From NCBI GenBank assembly GCA_026770705.1, contig JANJGN010000018.1, positions 40,920,001 through 40,984,000 of the forward strand: DNA of 64,000 nt. The letters run 5' to 3'. A program made the position numbers and the translations under genes. Shown one piece after another: positions 53,250-64,000 of the stretch (its first letter is position 1; the number at the start of each line of letters is the position of its first letter). The DNA comes from Isurus oxyrinchus (Eukaryota). The notes under the pieces are model-generated. The model made no database searches, had not been told where the DNA came from, and worked only from the letters and a program-made list of their open reading frames with translations.

Positions 53250-56200
53250 GACCTCCATACCCCCTCATCATCTCCCGCTATGAGAAAGAGGTCTTGGAGC
53301 TTGAGAGGTGCCATGCACCTTAGTTGAGTGGTTGCGGTGAGGCTGGAGTGTCAGACGAAGATAAGAGTGCAGTGCACTGAGGCGAAAAGTTTGGCTTGTG
53401 CACCCATATTAGTGTAGTCTCTTCATCGATGAGACCCCTGAACCTGGAGTCCCCAGTGATCATTGAAAGACGAGGGCACCATGATGCAAATCTCCATTGT
53501 CTCACCAAGGTGCCTGGCATGCGCAGTGACAAGTGTGACGACTTTAACTAATGACTTCCTTCTTCTCCCTTTTAGGTTCACCTGCAGGCATTTGCCCTCC
53601 AGACCCTGAAGGGTCAACCCTGACACCGGAGGACCACCATGCTCCCCATGCACCTGCATCAAACCCACTCTCTGAAGCAGGCACCAGCACAGATACCAGC
53701 ACCTTGGTGGGCATTAGTTTGGGGCAAGTATCTCAGTGCACATTGGTGAGGGCACTTCATACTCACTTGAGGTGCAGACGGAGGCAGAAAGCGCCCAGGC
53801 GCTAGCAGTTGGAGGACTGCTGGGGATCAGGACTGAAGGCAGATGATGAGCCTCTGGAGTCGTTCATTAGGCAGCGGGATGTGCAGGAGGATCTGGCAGA
53901 GATCCAAGAGGGTATGTGTGCCATGTTCTCCATTGTGGAGGAGTCCCTGCTGAGCGCAAACTGGGCATTGACCCTCATGGCTGAGCAGAGACTGTCATGG
54001 AGAGGCAGCTCCAGGAACAGAATCAGGGGTTCCTGGGGTTGTGCTCGGACCTGCAAGCCCTCACACAGGCACTGATCTCAACTGGTCAGTGTCCGTGTAT
54101 GAGATAGATGGGGCACCTAGTATCCCAGCTAGGTGCCCATCCATCAATGGTGAGCAGGGAGGTTCAGAGCGACCTCATGTTGGAGCACAAACTGCTTATC
54201 GTCTCTGGATGTTCCTCTCAGGGTGCTCAGGATGATTGGGCAGCAGCTCCTCCACCCCTCTGCCAGTGACAGTGGCATCAGATGAGGCTGCGATGACTGG
54301 GCAGATGCCAGCTTTGGCACCGGCCTCTCCCTCCCAGGCAGGGCCAGCATGGGCTCCACTGGCCAGAGGATGACTGCCAAGGTCATCATGACCAACAGGA
54401 CAACAGAGTCAGCAGGCTATCTCCAATGCCAGCAAGGGGGGGAGCACCTACGTGTAGCACGCGTAAACATAAGTTTAAAGCACTTTAAGCACCAGAGGGA
54501 CTGGTCACATGTGAATTTTTGTTCCCCCATTGTTTTATTTCCATGGTGTAACTACCAACACCTTTTTTTTCTGTTCAAAATGACGTGAGTTCCAACATAA
54601 AAGTATATTTGTTTTTGTTATCGGCCTGAGTATGCTTCATTTATTTTGTAGGTGCAGTGTAGGCCAATATGTAATGTGAACATGAGCGGCTTGAACCTTT
54701 ATTACACAGGCACTGAGTGTATCCTGGGGACCAAGGAGAGGGTCATTTCTGTGATCCAAGATGAAGGCGGCAGCCCTGGTATGAGGTGATAGTTCTTATT
54801 GGACAACCTGGATGAGGGAGCTAAAAACAAAAAACTGCGGATGCTGGAAATCCAAAACAAAAACAGAATTACCTGGAAAAACTCAGCAGGTCTGGCAGCA
54901 TCGTTCTGTCGAAGGGTCATGAGGACTCAAAACGTCAACTCTTTTCTTCTCCGCCGATGCTGCCAGACCTGCTGAGTTTTTTCTGGATGAAGGAGCGTTG
55001 GATCAAGGCATCCCTCCCCCTCTGGAGGTTACAGAAGTCTGCCTCCACGTTCTCAGCTTTCTCCTTACCATGCTCCTCTTCTGACTCACTACTGGGTTCA
55101 TCAAGTATGGCCTGTGGAGCTGCCTCAAGATCCTCTTCCTCCAGTAGGTACCCCCTTGCCAGTGCCAGATTGTGGAGAGCACAGCATGTAACCACTATCA
55201 GTGATGCCTGCCCTGGGCGGGGCATATTGTGTTGCTCCCCCCGAACAGTCCAGGCATCGGAAGTGCATCTTGAGAAGACCGATGGTTCTCTCTATTACAG
55301 CCCTTGTGGAGGTGTGGCTCCTGTTGTACTGCTGTTTCGCCTCTATTCTTGGGTGGTGGAGAGGCATCATGAGCCACCTTTTCAACGGATAGCCTTCATC
55401 ACCCATAAGCCATCCATCCAGTCAGGCTGGAGCACTGAACAGCCTCGGCACCTGGGAGTGAGCATCTGAGGATGTATGTATCATGGGAACAGGACAGACT
55501 TGCAGAATCTGCATCCTGTGGTCACACACTATCTGGATTGTTCATGGAATGGAATCCCTTCCTGTTGACGAAGGCACTCGGCTCACCCACTGGCACCTTG
55601 ATGGCCACATGTGTGCACTCCATTGCATGGATGCGGAGAACTCAGCAATCGCTGCAAAGCCTTTGGCTTGCCCAGACTGGCTGGCCTCATCTGTACGGAA
55701 CTGAAGGAAAGTCAATACCTGCCTGAACAGAGCATCAGTCGCCAGCTTGACACAACTATGGACAGCTGCTTGGGAGACTCCACACAAATCCCCTACTGAG
55801 CCCTGGAAAGAGCTGGAGGCATAGAAGTTGAGGGCCACTGTGACCTTCAGAGCCACTGGCATGGGATGTCCACCCATACAGTCGGGAACTGATCTCAGGT
55901 CCAATCATATGACAAATGGAGCTCACTGTCTCCCTTGAGAGACGGAGCCTCCTTCAGCATTGCACCTCAGACATATCGAGGCAGTTGCACCACTGCCTGC
56001 AAACCCTGGCAGTGGGATAGTGGCGTCTTCTGCGGTCCCTTCTGCCTTGGGCTTCCTGTTGGCCCTGTGCCCCTTGTGCCTGCACCTCTCCTCCCACAGG
56101 TCGCTCTCCTGGAAGCTGCATAGGGACTACCTGGCCTCCTCTCCTTTCTGCCCCTCTCTTCCTCCTCAGAGGAGGTTCCTCCAGCAGAGACCACAGTCCT

Positions 56201-56693
56201 CGTTACCTGGGTAGAGGAAGGCTGACTGATATTTGGAAGGGTCCACACAGTCCAGATCCTAAGGGGGTCTGGAAGACACCAGTGAGTCCAAAAATGAAGC
56301 CCAGAAATGCAAAGAAGGAAGCCCCGATCAGAGAATAAGCTGTCAAGTCTCAGTAAGCCACCAACAGCAAGTTATCTCCAAAACTCCTCACTACTCACAT
56401 TGACAAAGCTGCTGATCCTTCTTATCCCGCCCGTGGATGAGGTTTTGCAAATTGTGGCCTGTCCGCTTGACCATTTTGCCTGTGTGAAGATCAAAAACTC
56501 ACACGGGCAACATTAAATCGCCATCAATTGGGTTGCAAGGGCCTTAACTGGCAGGAGCGGCTCTGACTCCCACACGTGCACAATATTTCCCTCGGCAGGC
56601 AAGTGTGCGATGACGTCGGGATGCTCACTCGACGTCATCACGCGTCATTTTACGCTCGAGCGGGATCGGCCTGCTCAGCAAAATATTCTGCCC
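53250..56693. mobile_element. Second Harbinger element (related subfamily, opposite orientation, left end lost)
   Basis: The right terminus ATTCTGCCC is the same TIR. Minus-strand transposase ~54800-56200 ([42 protein letters not shown]). Plus-strand remnants of Myb-gene exons 2-3 at ~53280-54480. Confidence 0.85.
54822..54982. mobile_element. Non-autonomous Penelope terminal fold-back insertion with 14-bp TSD, inside the 3' end of a Harbinger transposase
   Basis: Tail-bearing minus arm 54822-54903 followed by a plus arm starting GTTCTGTCGAAGGGTC. Flanks are CTGGATGAGGGAGC (54808-54821) and CTGGATGAAGGAGC (54983-54996). Confidence 0.88.
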
Positions 56694-57153
56694 TTAAAGT
56701 TTCTCACCATCATGTGACAGGGAGGACAACTTGTTTTGTGGCTAGACAACACTGCTCGGAGACACCGGGTCTAAATTGGATAGCCCCCGACATCGGGTGC
56801 GTGGATCGTGATGCACAAGTTCAATGTGTATGCAAACTTCGTGCTGTCTGCTAATTATAAGGATTGTGATGTGCTGCCCAGCACTAAACACACATCTGAG
56901 TGGCTGCATTCTTCAGCGAGAAGCCCAACAGGGGCTTGCACCCAGCAAGGGCAGCACCAGATAAGGTACACCCATGCAACATGAAGCCAACCTACATTTC
57001 TTAAAGGGGAGAGGCATTAGGGGTGCAGCAGGATTAAGGAGGTTTGTAAACCAGGAAGAATCTACAAAAATGGCACTTTAGGCCAGGCAGAGAATCCCAG
57101 GGTTCTCAAATTTGCACTGGGGGCCTTGGTGTGGGAGGTGCACAGGAGGAGAT

Positions 57154-58137
57154 AGAGCTCCTCAGGGTAGTGCCCTCGACCCAACCATCTGCAGCTACTT
57201 CATCAAAGACTTTCCTTCCATCATTAGGTCAGAAGTGGGGATGTTCGCTGTTGAGTGCACAATGTTCAGCACCATTTGCGACTCCTCAGATACTGAAGCA
57301 GCCCATGCCCAAATGCAGCAAGACCTGGACAATATCCAAGCTTGGGCTGACAAGTGGCAAGTAACATTTGCGCCACACAAGTGCCAGGCAATGACCATCT
57401 CCAACAAGAGAGAATCTAACTATCGCCCCTTGATGTTCAATGGCATTACCATCGCCAAATCCCCCACTATCAATACCCTAGGGATTACCATTGACCAGAA
57501 ACTGAACTGGACTAGTCATATAAATACTGTGGCTACAAAAGCAGGTCAGAGGCTAGAAATCCTGCAGCGGTAACTCATCTCCTGACTCCCTAAAGCCTGT
57601 CCACCATCTACAAGGCACAAGTCAGGAGTGTGATGGAATATTCCCCACTTGAGTATGTGTGCAGCTCCCACAACACTCAAGGAGCTTGACACTGCCCAGG
57701 ACAAAGCAGCCCGCTTAATTGGCACCACATCCACAAACATTCGCTCCCTCCACCACCAACGTACAGTAGCAGCAGTGTGTACCATCTACAAGATGCACTG
57801 CAGGAATTCACCAAAGCTCCTTAGAACGCACTTCTCAAACCCACAACCACTACCACCTAGAAGGACAGAGGGCAGCAGATAGATGGGATCACCACCACCT
57901 GGTAGTTCCCCTCCAAGCTACTCACCATCCTGACTTGGAAATATATCGCCGTTCCTTCACTGTCACTGGGTCAAAATCCTAGAGCTCCCTCAGTAACAGC
58001 ACTGTGATTGTACCTACACTACATGGACTGCAGCGGTTCAAGAAGGCAGCTCACCACTGCCTTCTCAAGGGCAACTAGGGATGGGCAATAAATGTTGGCG
58101 CAGACAGCGATGCCCACAACCCACAAATTAATAAAAA
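57154..58137 (+). mobile_element. CR1-clade LINE 3' part (HER1-like)
   Basis: RT motifs PQGSALDP, MFA(DD), DLDNIQAWADKWQVTFAPHKC, LGITIDQKLNW. The 3' end CTCAAGGGCAACTAGGGATGGGCAATAAATG..AATAAAAA is shared with the SINE. Confidence 0.85.
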
Positions 58138-58181
58138 GTCAACTTTGGAGCCAGATATCCCTCACCTTGGGTATGGAATTA

Positions 58182-59373
58182 CAGTGTAAATCTGGGATGA
58201 TTCCGCCCTAATTGTGTGGTAGTAGGCATAAAGAAGAAGTTTTACCCACCGGCTGCAATCGTGGGTTTTTGCGCCATATCGTGCACTTCCTGCCTCATTA
58301 ATTATGCAGCCACGCAAACATGCCATCTCGCTGGCAGATGGCCTCTGAATCTCCACCATTTCCTCACTCTGGGTGCCATATCTAAACTGCAGCCACGCAC
58401 ACTGTTCTCAATGCTTACAGCCCAGGACTGCTCCAGTGAAGACATGGCCCTTAAAGCTAAGAAGAGTTCAGTTGCTGGAATACCTTTTGGAGACCGACCG
58501 TGATGTTCTCCACCCCCATTCTGGCTGCAGGAGGTCCAGCAATCTCACCACTCCGGCTTGGGAGGCGGTGGCAGTGGTAGTCAGTGCCAATGCTGCAAAG
58601 AAGGTATTGGCCATCCAGCGCAGAAAGAATCTGAATGATTTCATCTGGGCCGCCACAGTAAGGCAATCATCTCATCATTCTAAACTCACACTCAAGGCCA
58701 GCACACATTTACTGGCATCTCTGTCAGTGTCAGCTCAAGGGATATCAACACTCACTCTCTCACACACCCCCTCACATCACCATCTGGCTGCATCTCCTCT
58801 GCCCTCACCATCTTGAGAAAGCTTACACAGAACAAAGTGTGCCCCCACAAACACCCTGGGATACCCCTTCGCCCTCGCCCTGCTGCCTCTTCCCTTGCCC
58901 AAGGCCACTTCATCGCCTTCCCAAGCAAGCCTTAGCCCTGCAGCCTTAAGGCTGGTCTGGTAGGTAAAGACATGCCCATGAGCCCCCCTAAACTTGATGT
59001 GGCCTGTGAAGTCTGGCGCTGATGACTGTGAGTGCTGACCAAAGCAATGTTGGCAAACAAACCTCAAAAGTCCCGAGAGAAGTGCAACTCGCCAGGTGCA
59101 TATCGCTTATGGACAGTTGTGAAGCACATCGACGTGCCCGGATGATTGGGAGGAATGATTCCGGTGAGCAGGGTTTATAATGAGATGCTAAAGTATTGAA
59201 ATTGGATTCCCGACGTGTGGTAGCAGGAAATGCTGCCCGAGAGTGACAGGCGGAGCATACAATCGCAAACTGTTTTCACAATGGTGAAAAACTGATTTTT
59301 TGACCTTCTCACCATATTATCCGCTTATGCCACCAAACAAGCCCGCCAGCAATGGGAACAGAAAATTCCACCC
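58182..59373 (+). mobile_element. Same Harbinger-type family, with a Myb/SANT exon remnant
   Basis: Encodes LLEYLLETDRDVLHP...AWEAVAVVVSAN..AIQRRKNLNDF, followed by a gtaagg donor. Ends AAAATTCCACCC. Confidence 0.68.
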
Positions 59374-59712
59374 ACATTGTTTTCCATTGTGTAAACAGCA
59401 GAACGATTGACTATGTCTGTACAGTCCTGTTTAAACCAAGGAATGGAATAAACCAAAGGTAAAGAGGTGCTAAGCACTGAGTTACTCAGTGGAATGCTAT
59501 CTGTGCCTGTGATAGTGTGATCTGAGTCATCATAAAAGAGGGTGACATCAGAGAGTGGGCACTGCAGTCAGGAGGAGGGGGACAGAGACTGGTCATCTCC
59601 AGATCCGGGCCTCCAATCAAAACTGGTAACGACTCCCTGATACTGGAGAATTGCCTGTAACATTCTCTTGACTTGAAGTTTGATCCATCCTGGACAATAT
59701 AGCTGGGTTTCT

Positions 59713-62381
59713 AAAACAAAAACAGAATTACCTGGAAAAACTCAGCAGGTCTGGCAGCATCGGCGGAGAAGAAAAGAGTTGACGTTTCGAGTCCTCATGA
59801 CCCTTCGACAGAACTTGATTTCGAGTCCAGGAAAGAGTTGAAATATAAGCTGGTTTAAGGTGTGTGTGTGGTGGGGGGAGGAGAGAGAGAGAGAGACAGA
59901 GGTGCTTGTGTAGACAAACAAGCAGTGATAGAAGCAGATCATCAAAAGATGTCAGTAACAATGGTACAAAAGAACACATAGGTGTTAAAGTTAAAGTTGG
60001 TGATATTATCTAAACGAATGTGCTAATTAAGAATGGATGGTAGGGCACTCAAGGTACAGCTCTAGTGGGGGTGGGGGGAGCATAAAAGATTTTAAAATAT
60101 TTAAAAATAATGGAAATAGGTGGGAAAAGAAAAATCTATAAAATTTATAGGGAAAAAAAAAGAAAAGAAAAAGGGGGAAAAAAGGGGGGAAACAGAAAGG
60201 GGGTGGGGATGGGGGAGGGAGCTCACGACCTAAAGTTATTGAATTCAATATTCAGACCGGAAGGCTGTAAGGTGCCTAGTCGGAAGATGAGGTGTTGTTC
60301 CTCCAGTTTGCGTTGGGCTTCACTGGAACAATGCAGTAAGCCAAGGACAGACATGTGGGCAAGAGAGCAGGGTGGAGTGTTAAAATGGCAAGCCACAGGG
60401 AGGTTTGGGTCATTCTTGCGGACAGACCGCAGGTGTTCTGCAAAGCGGTCGCCCAGTTTACGTTTGGTCTCTCCAATGTAGAGGAGACCACATTGGGAGC
60501 AACGAATGCAGTAGACTAAGTTGGGGGAAATGCTTCTTCCTCGAACAGAGGCCCGAACAATCCCCATCCACCACTACTCTCCTCCGTCTGGCTGAACTTG
60601 TTCTCACGTTGAACAATTTCTCCTTCAACTCCTCTCACTTTCTCCAAATAAAAGGTGTGGCTATGGGTACCCGCATGGGCCCCAGCTATGCCTGTCTCTT
60701 TATGGGATATGTGGAACATTCCTTGTTGCAGTCCTACCCCGGCCCCCTTCCACAACTTTTTCTCCGGTACATCGATGATTACTTCGGTGCTGCTTCATGC
60801 TCTCGTCGGGACTTGGAAAAATTTATTAATTTTGCTTCCAATCTCCACCCCTCCATCATTTTCACGTGGTCCATCTCTGACACTTCCCTTCCCTTCCTTG
60901 ACCTCTCTGTCTCAATCTCTGGTGATAGACTGTCCACCAATATCCACTACAAACCCACCGACTCCCACAGCTACCTCGACTACAGCTCCTCACACCCCGC
61001 TTCCTGTAAGGACTCCATCCCATTCTCCCAGTTCCTTCGCCTTCGTCGCATCTGTTCCGATGATGCTACCTTCAAAAACGGTTCCTCTGACATGTCCTCC
61101 TTCTTCCTTAACCGAGGTTTTCCACCCACGGTCGTTGACAGGGCCCTCAACCGTGTCCGGCCCATCTCCCACGCATCCGCCCTCACGCCTTCTCCTCCCT
61201 CCCAGAAACATGATAGGGTCCCCCTTGTCCTCACTTATCACCCCACCAGCCTCCGCATTCAAAGGATCATCCTCCGCCATTTCCGCCAACTCCAGCATGA
61301 TGCCACCACCAAACACATCTTCCCTTCACCCCCCTTATCGGCATTCCGTAGGGATCGCTCCCTCCGGGACACCCTGGTCCACTCCTCCATCACCCCCTAC
61401 TCCTCAACCCCCTCCTATGGCACCACCCCATGCCCACGCAAAAGATGTAACACCTGCCCCTTCACTTCCTCTCTCCTCACCGTCCAAGGGCCCAAACACT
61501 CCTTTCAAGTGAAGCAGCATTTCACTTGCATTTCCCCCAACTTAGTCTACTGCATTCGTTGCTCCCAATGTGGTCTCCTCTACATTGGAGAGACCAAACG
61601 TAAACTGGGCGACCGCTTTGCAGAACACCTGCGGTCTGTCCGCAAGAATGACCCAAACCTCCCTGTGGCTTGCCATTTTAACACTCCACCCTGCTCTCTT
61701 GCCCACATGTCTGTCCTTGGCTTACTGCATTGTTCCAGTGAAGCCCAACGCAAACTGGAGGAACAACACCTCATCTTCCGACTAGGCACCTTACAGCCTT
61801 CCGGTCTGAATATTGAATTCAATAACTTTAGGTCGTGAGCTCCCTCCCCCATCCCCACCCCCTTTCTGTTTCCCCCCTTTTTTCCCCCTTTTTCTTTTCT
61901 TTTTTTTTCCCTATAAATTTTATAGATTTTTCTTTTCCCACCTATTTCCATTATTTTTAAATATTTTAAAATCTTTTATGCTCCCCCCACCCCCACTAGA
62001 GCTGTACCTTGAGTGCCCTACCATCCATTCTTAATTAGCACATTCGTTTAGATAATATCATCAACTTTAACTTTAACACCTATGTGTTCTTTTGTACCAT
62101 TGTTACTGACATCTTTTGATGATCTGCTTCTATCACTGCTTGTTTGTCTACACAAGCACCTCTGTCTCTCTCTCTCTCTCCTCCCCCCCCCACACACACG
62201 CCTTAAACCAGCTTATATTTCAACTCTTTCCTGGACTCGAAATCAAGTTCTGTCGAAGGGTCATGAGGACTCGAAACGTCAACTCTTTTCTTCTCCGCCG
62301 ATGCTGCCAGACCTGCTGAGTTTTTCCAGGTAATTCTGTTTTTGTTTTGGATTTCCAGCATCCGCAGTTTTCTTTGTTTTC
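59713..62381 (+). mobile_element. Young Penelope-like element, 5'-truncated, with an inverted copy of its 3' end (fold-back) and 14-bp TSD
   Basis: Open RT-C-half + GIY-YIG frame from 60534 to 61838 (QIKGVAMG, RYIDD, VYCIRC..YIGET, R..EH, GLN). 59713-60533 is the reverse complement of 61528-62348. ATAGCTGGGTTTCT is present at both 59699-59712 and 62382-62395. Confidence 0.95.
62246..62284 (+). ncRNA. Minimal type-I hammerhead-ribozyme-like motif in the Penelope terminal repeat (mirror copy 59777-59815 on the minus strand)
   Basis: AGUU-CUGUCGA-A-GGGUC-AUGAG-GACUC-GAA-ACGU-C-AACU. Stem I is AGUU/AACU, stem II is GGGUC/GACUC, and a palindromic ACGU replaces stem III. Minimal hammerheads are an established feature of PLE termini; the core here has U at position 6. 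Confidence 0.65.
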
Positions 62382-62395
62382 ATAGCTGGGTTTCT

Positions 62396-63360
62396 GTCAC
62401 TTCAGGCAGTGTGTTAATAGCCACAGTTCTTTGTCTGATAAGACCGTTACATTTGCTCCAATATCCAGTTTAAAGTTGCTGATACATCCATTGACATAAA
62501 TATCTACATTCCAGAATGTGTACTTGGAGTCATTGATTTCACCTAGGAAACATTTTTTGAACCTCTTCTTGTTTAAATTCCTCAATTTTATTAATGGCCT
62601 TGTGTGTGAAGTCTTTCTCCTTAACATCTGCAAAGTTAGAGATTTTACTTCAGCACATCCTCCCAAAATGTCCAATCATTTTGCAGAAAAAGCATTCTGC
62701 AGTGCTTGCAGTACACTATTCGTGTATGTGGGGTCTTTTTGGTACCACAGTGCTGGCATGGTTTGATGGTGTCTTGTACTTTCCCTCCAAATCATTACTT
62801 CTTTTCTGATGTTTTTTACATTCCTATGCTTAATGATCACTGGAGGTTTCCTGAGCCAAGGTTTTCCTTGTTCTGTTTATGGAGCTCCGTTTGTTTCACC
62901 AGCTTTCTTTAAGGTTAGGTCTTCCTTAGATTGCAATAGGTTTCATGAGTGTCATCAGTAATACTGACTCCAATATGGTCTCATGTTGATTCTTTCTCGA
63001 GGTCTCCATACTCACAACCTCCAACCAGCTTGTAAAGGTCATTAATAAAAGCATCTACTGTGTCACCTGGTTTCAGCCTTTTGCTGAATTTAGCTCTTTC
63101 CTCGGGTTGAAGTAATTATCAAGGCTTTTAAGACTTCTTCAAATTCATCTGAGGCCTCATTAATTCCCCATTTTGCAACATTATCATCTGCTATTGTTCC
63201 TATGGAGTAATGTATTGACTTATTCAACTCGAGACTTATTGACCAAGCGTGAAGCAATTCAGAATCTCAAGAACCCTTTTCTCTAAAGTACCCACTTCTG
63301 ACTTTGATTTGGTCCTTCCTTATGTCCAAACCTCTCAGGTAATATAAATTTGGAATCCAT
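62396..63360 (-). mobile_element. Gypsy-like LTR retrotransposon gag-protease relic, interrupted by the Penelope insertion (continues at ~59600-59698)
   Basis: Starts MDSKFILPERF at 63360. Zinc knuckle CFFCKMIGHFGRMC and aspartic-protease motif FKLDIGANVTVL are present, with several stops. Confidence 0.78.
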
Positions 63361-64000
63361 GGCTTCTCTAAGTTTCTAGGTGGTTTGCCTTAGGTTTTAA
63401 ACTTTCCTTGCAGTAATTGCTGTTTTCCCACATTGATCAGCTTCTCCCCAAGACTTGCTCTGGTCAATGTTTCTCTTAGGTATTTGTTTCTTAAACTCTG
63501 CAAAGTCTTTAAAGCTCTTTGCTTGAAGTTATTGCGATACTCTCCTCACTCCCTTCCCTGAGTGCATCAAATATTTGCAGCCTTTCTTTTCCTGTTTGCT
63601 GCTGCGTGGTCACCACATGTAATGATGACAACCTCAGACCCGGAACACAGGGTTTAATCAAAACCTGCTTTTGCTAAGGATGCAGTTTTCCCAGTGTTGC
63701 CTGCCTGGTGCACCATTAAAATGACATTTTTATCCTTTTTAAGTGTTGTTCACCAGTTCCATGATCTTTGTTTGATTCTCTGACTCTTAGCACTGGATCA
63801 AAATTTTCTTCACGGGCCACCACAAGCTATGGTGCAGCCCCTAATGAGTTGAACAGTTGATTTTCTGTTGAATCGGAGGCAAGAAGAATCAATGGAGCAA
63901 CTTCTGGAATTCTTCAACTGTACTTTACCAAGTTTTCAGTTTTGCTTCCATTCTTCCAGGCCAGATTTGCAATTTTTCTTAAAGCTGAGTTTTCAAGGTT

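Noticed and set aside
60405-61838. 477-aa ORF as a complete novel protein
   Set aside because: The first ~43 residues are antisense sequence from the inverted arm fused at the 60533 junction. The true coding part is a 5'-truncated PLE ORF.
59728-62333. Pairs of identical small ORFs on opposite strands (e.g. 60110-60481 and 61580-61951)
   Set aside because: These are by-products of the 821-bp inverted repeat and antisense frames of the PLE, not genes.
1-64000. CRISPR array, tRNA or rRNA genes
   Set aside because: No repeat-spacer array or rRNA was seen. The only Pol III A/B boxes seen belong to a SINE head.

Overview
Repeat-rich vertebrate genomic DNA, most likely from a cartilaginous fish (shark); this is inferred from HE1-like SINE, HER1/CR1-like LINE, L2, Harbinger and Penelope repeats. 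One host gene is clearly supported. It is a minus-strand EWI-family immunoglobulin-superfamily receptor with seven phase-1 V-set Ig exons (52533 down to 35342) and a terminal TM/cytoplasmic exon (25898-25699). Its architecture and tail best fit CD101/IGSF2, with IGSF3-like as the alternative; the signal-peptide exon was not located. The rest is transposon-derived: young Penelope-like elements (RT + GIY-YIG), two two-gene PIF/Harbinger elements plus derivatives, a Gypsy gag-protease relic, a solo LTR, LINE fragments and SINEs. The most striking pattern is a Penelope-derived system. Four independent insertions of 0.1-2.7 kb each have a 14-bp target-site duplication, and three of them are fold-back (inverted-repeat) structures with a ~32-nt tail on one arm only. 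All four carry a minimal hammerhead-ribozyme-like motif. The young family has an atypical core (CUGUYGA), and the short copies begin at the motif's 5' edge. All coordinates were read by eye; no database searches were run.
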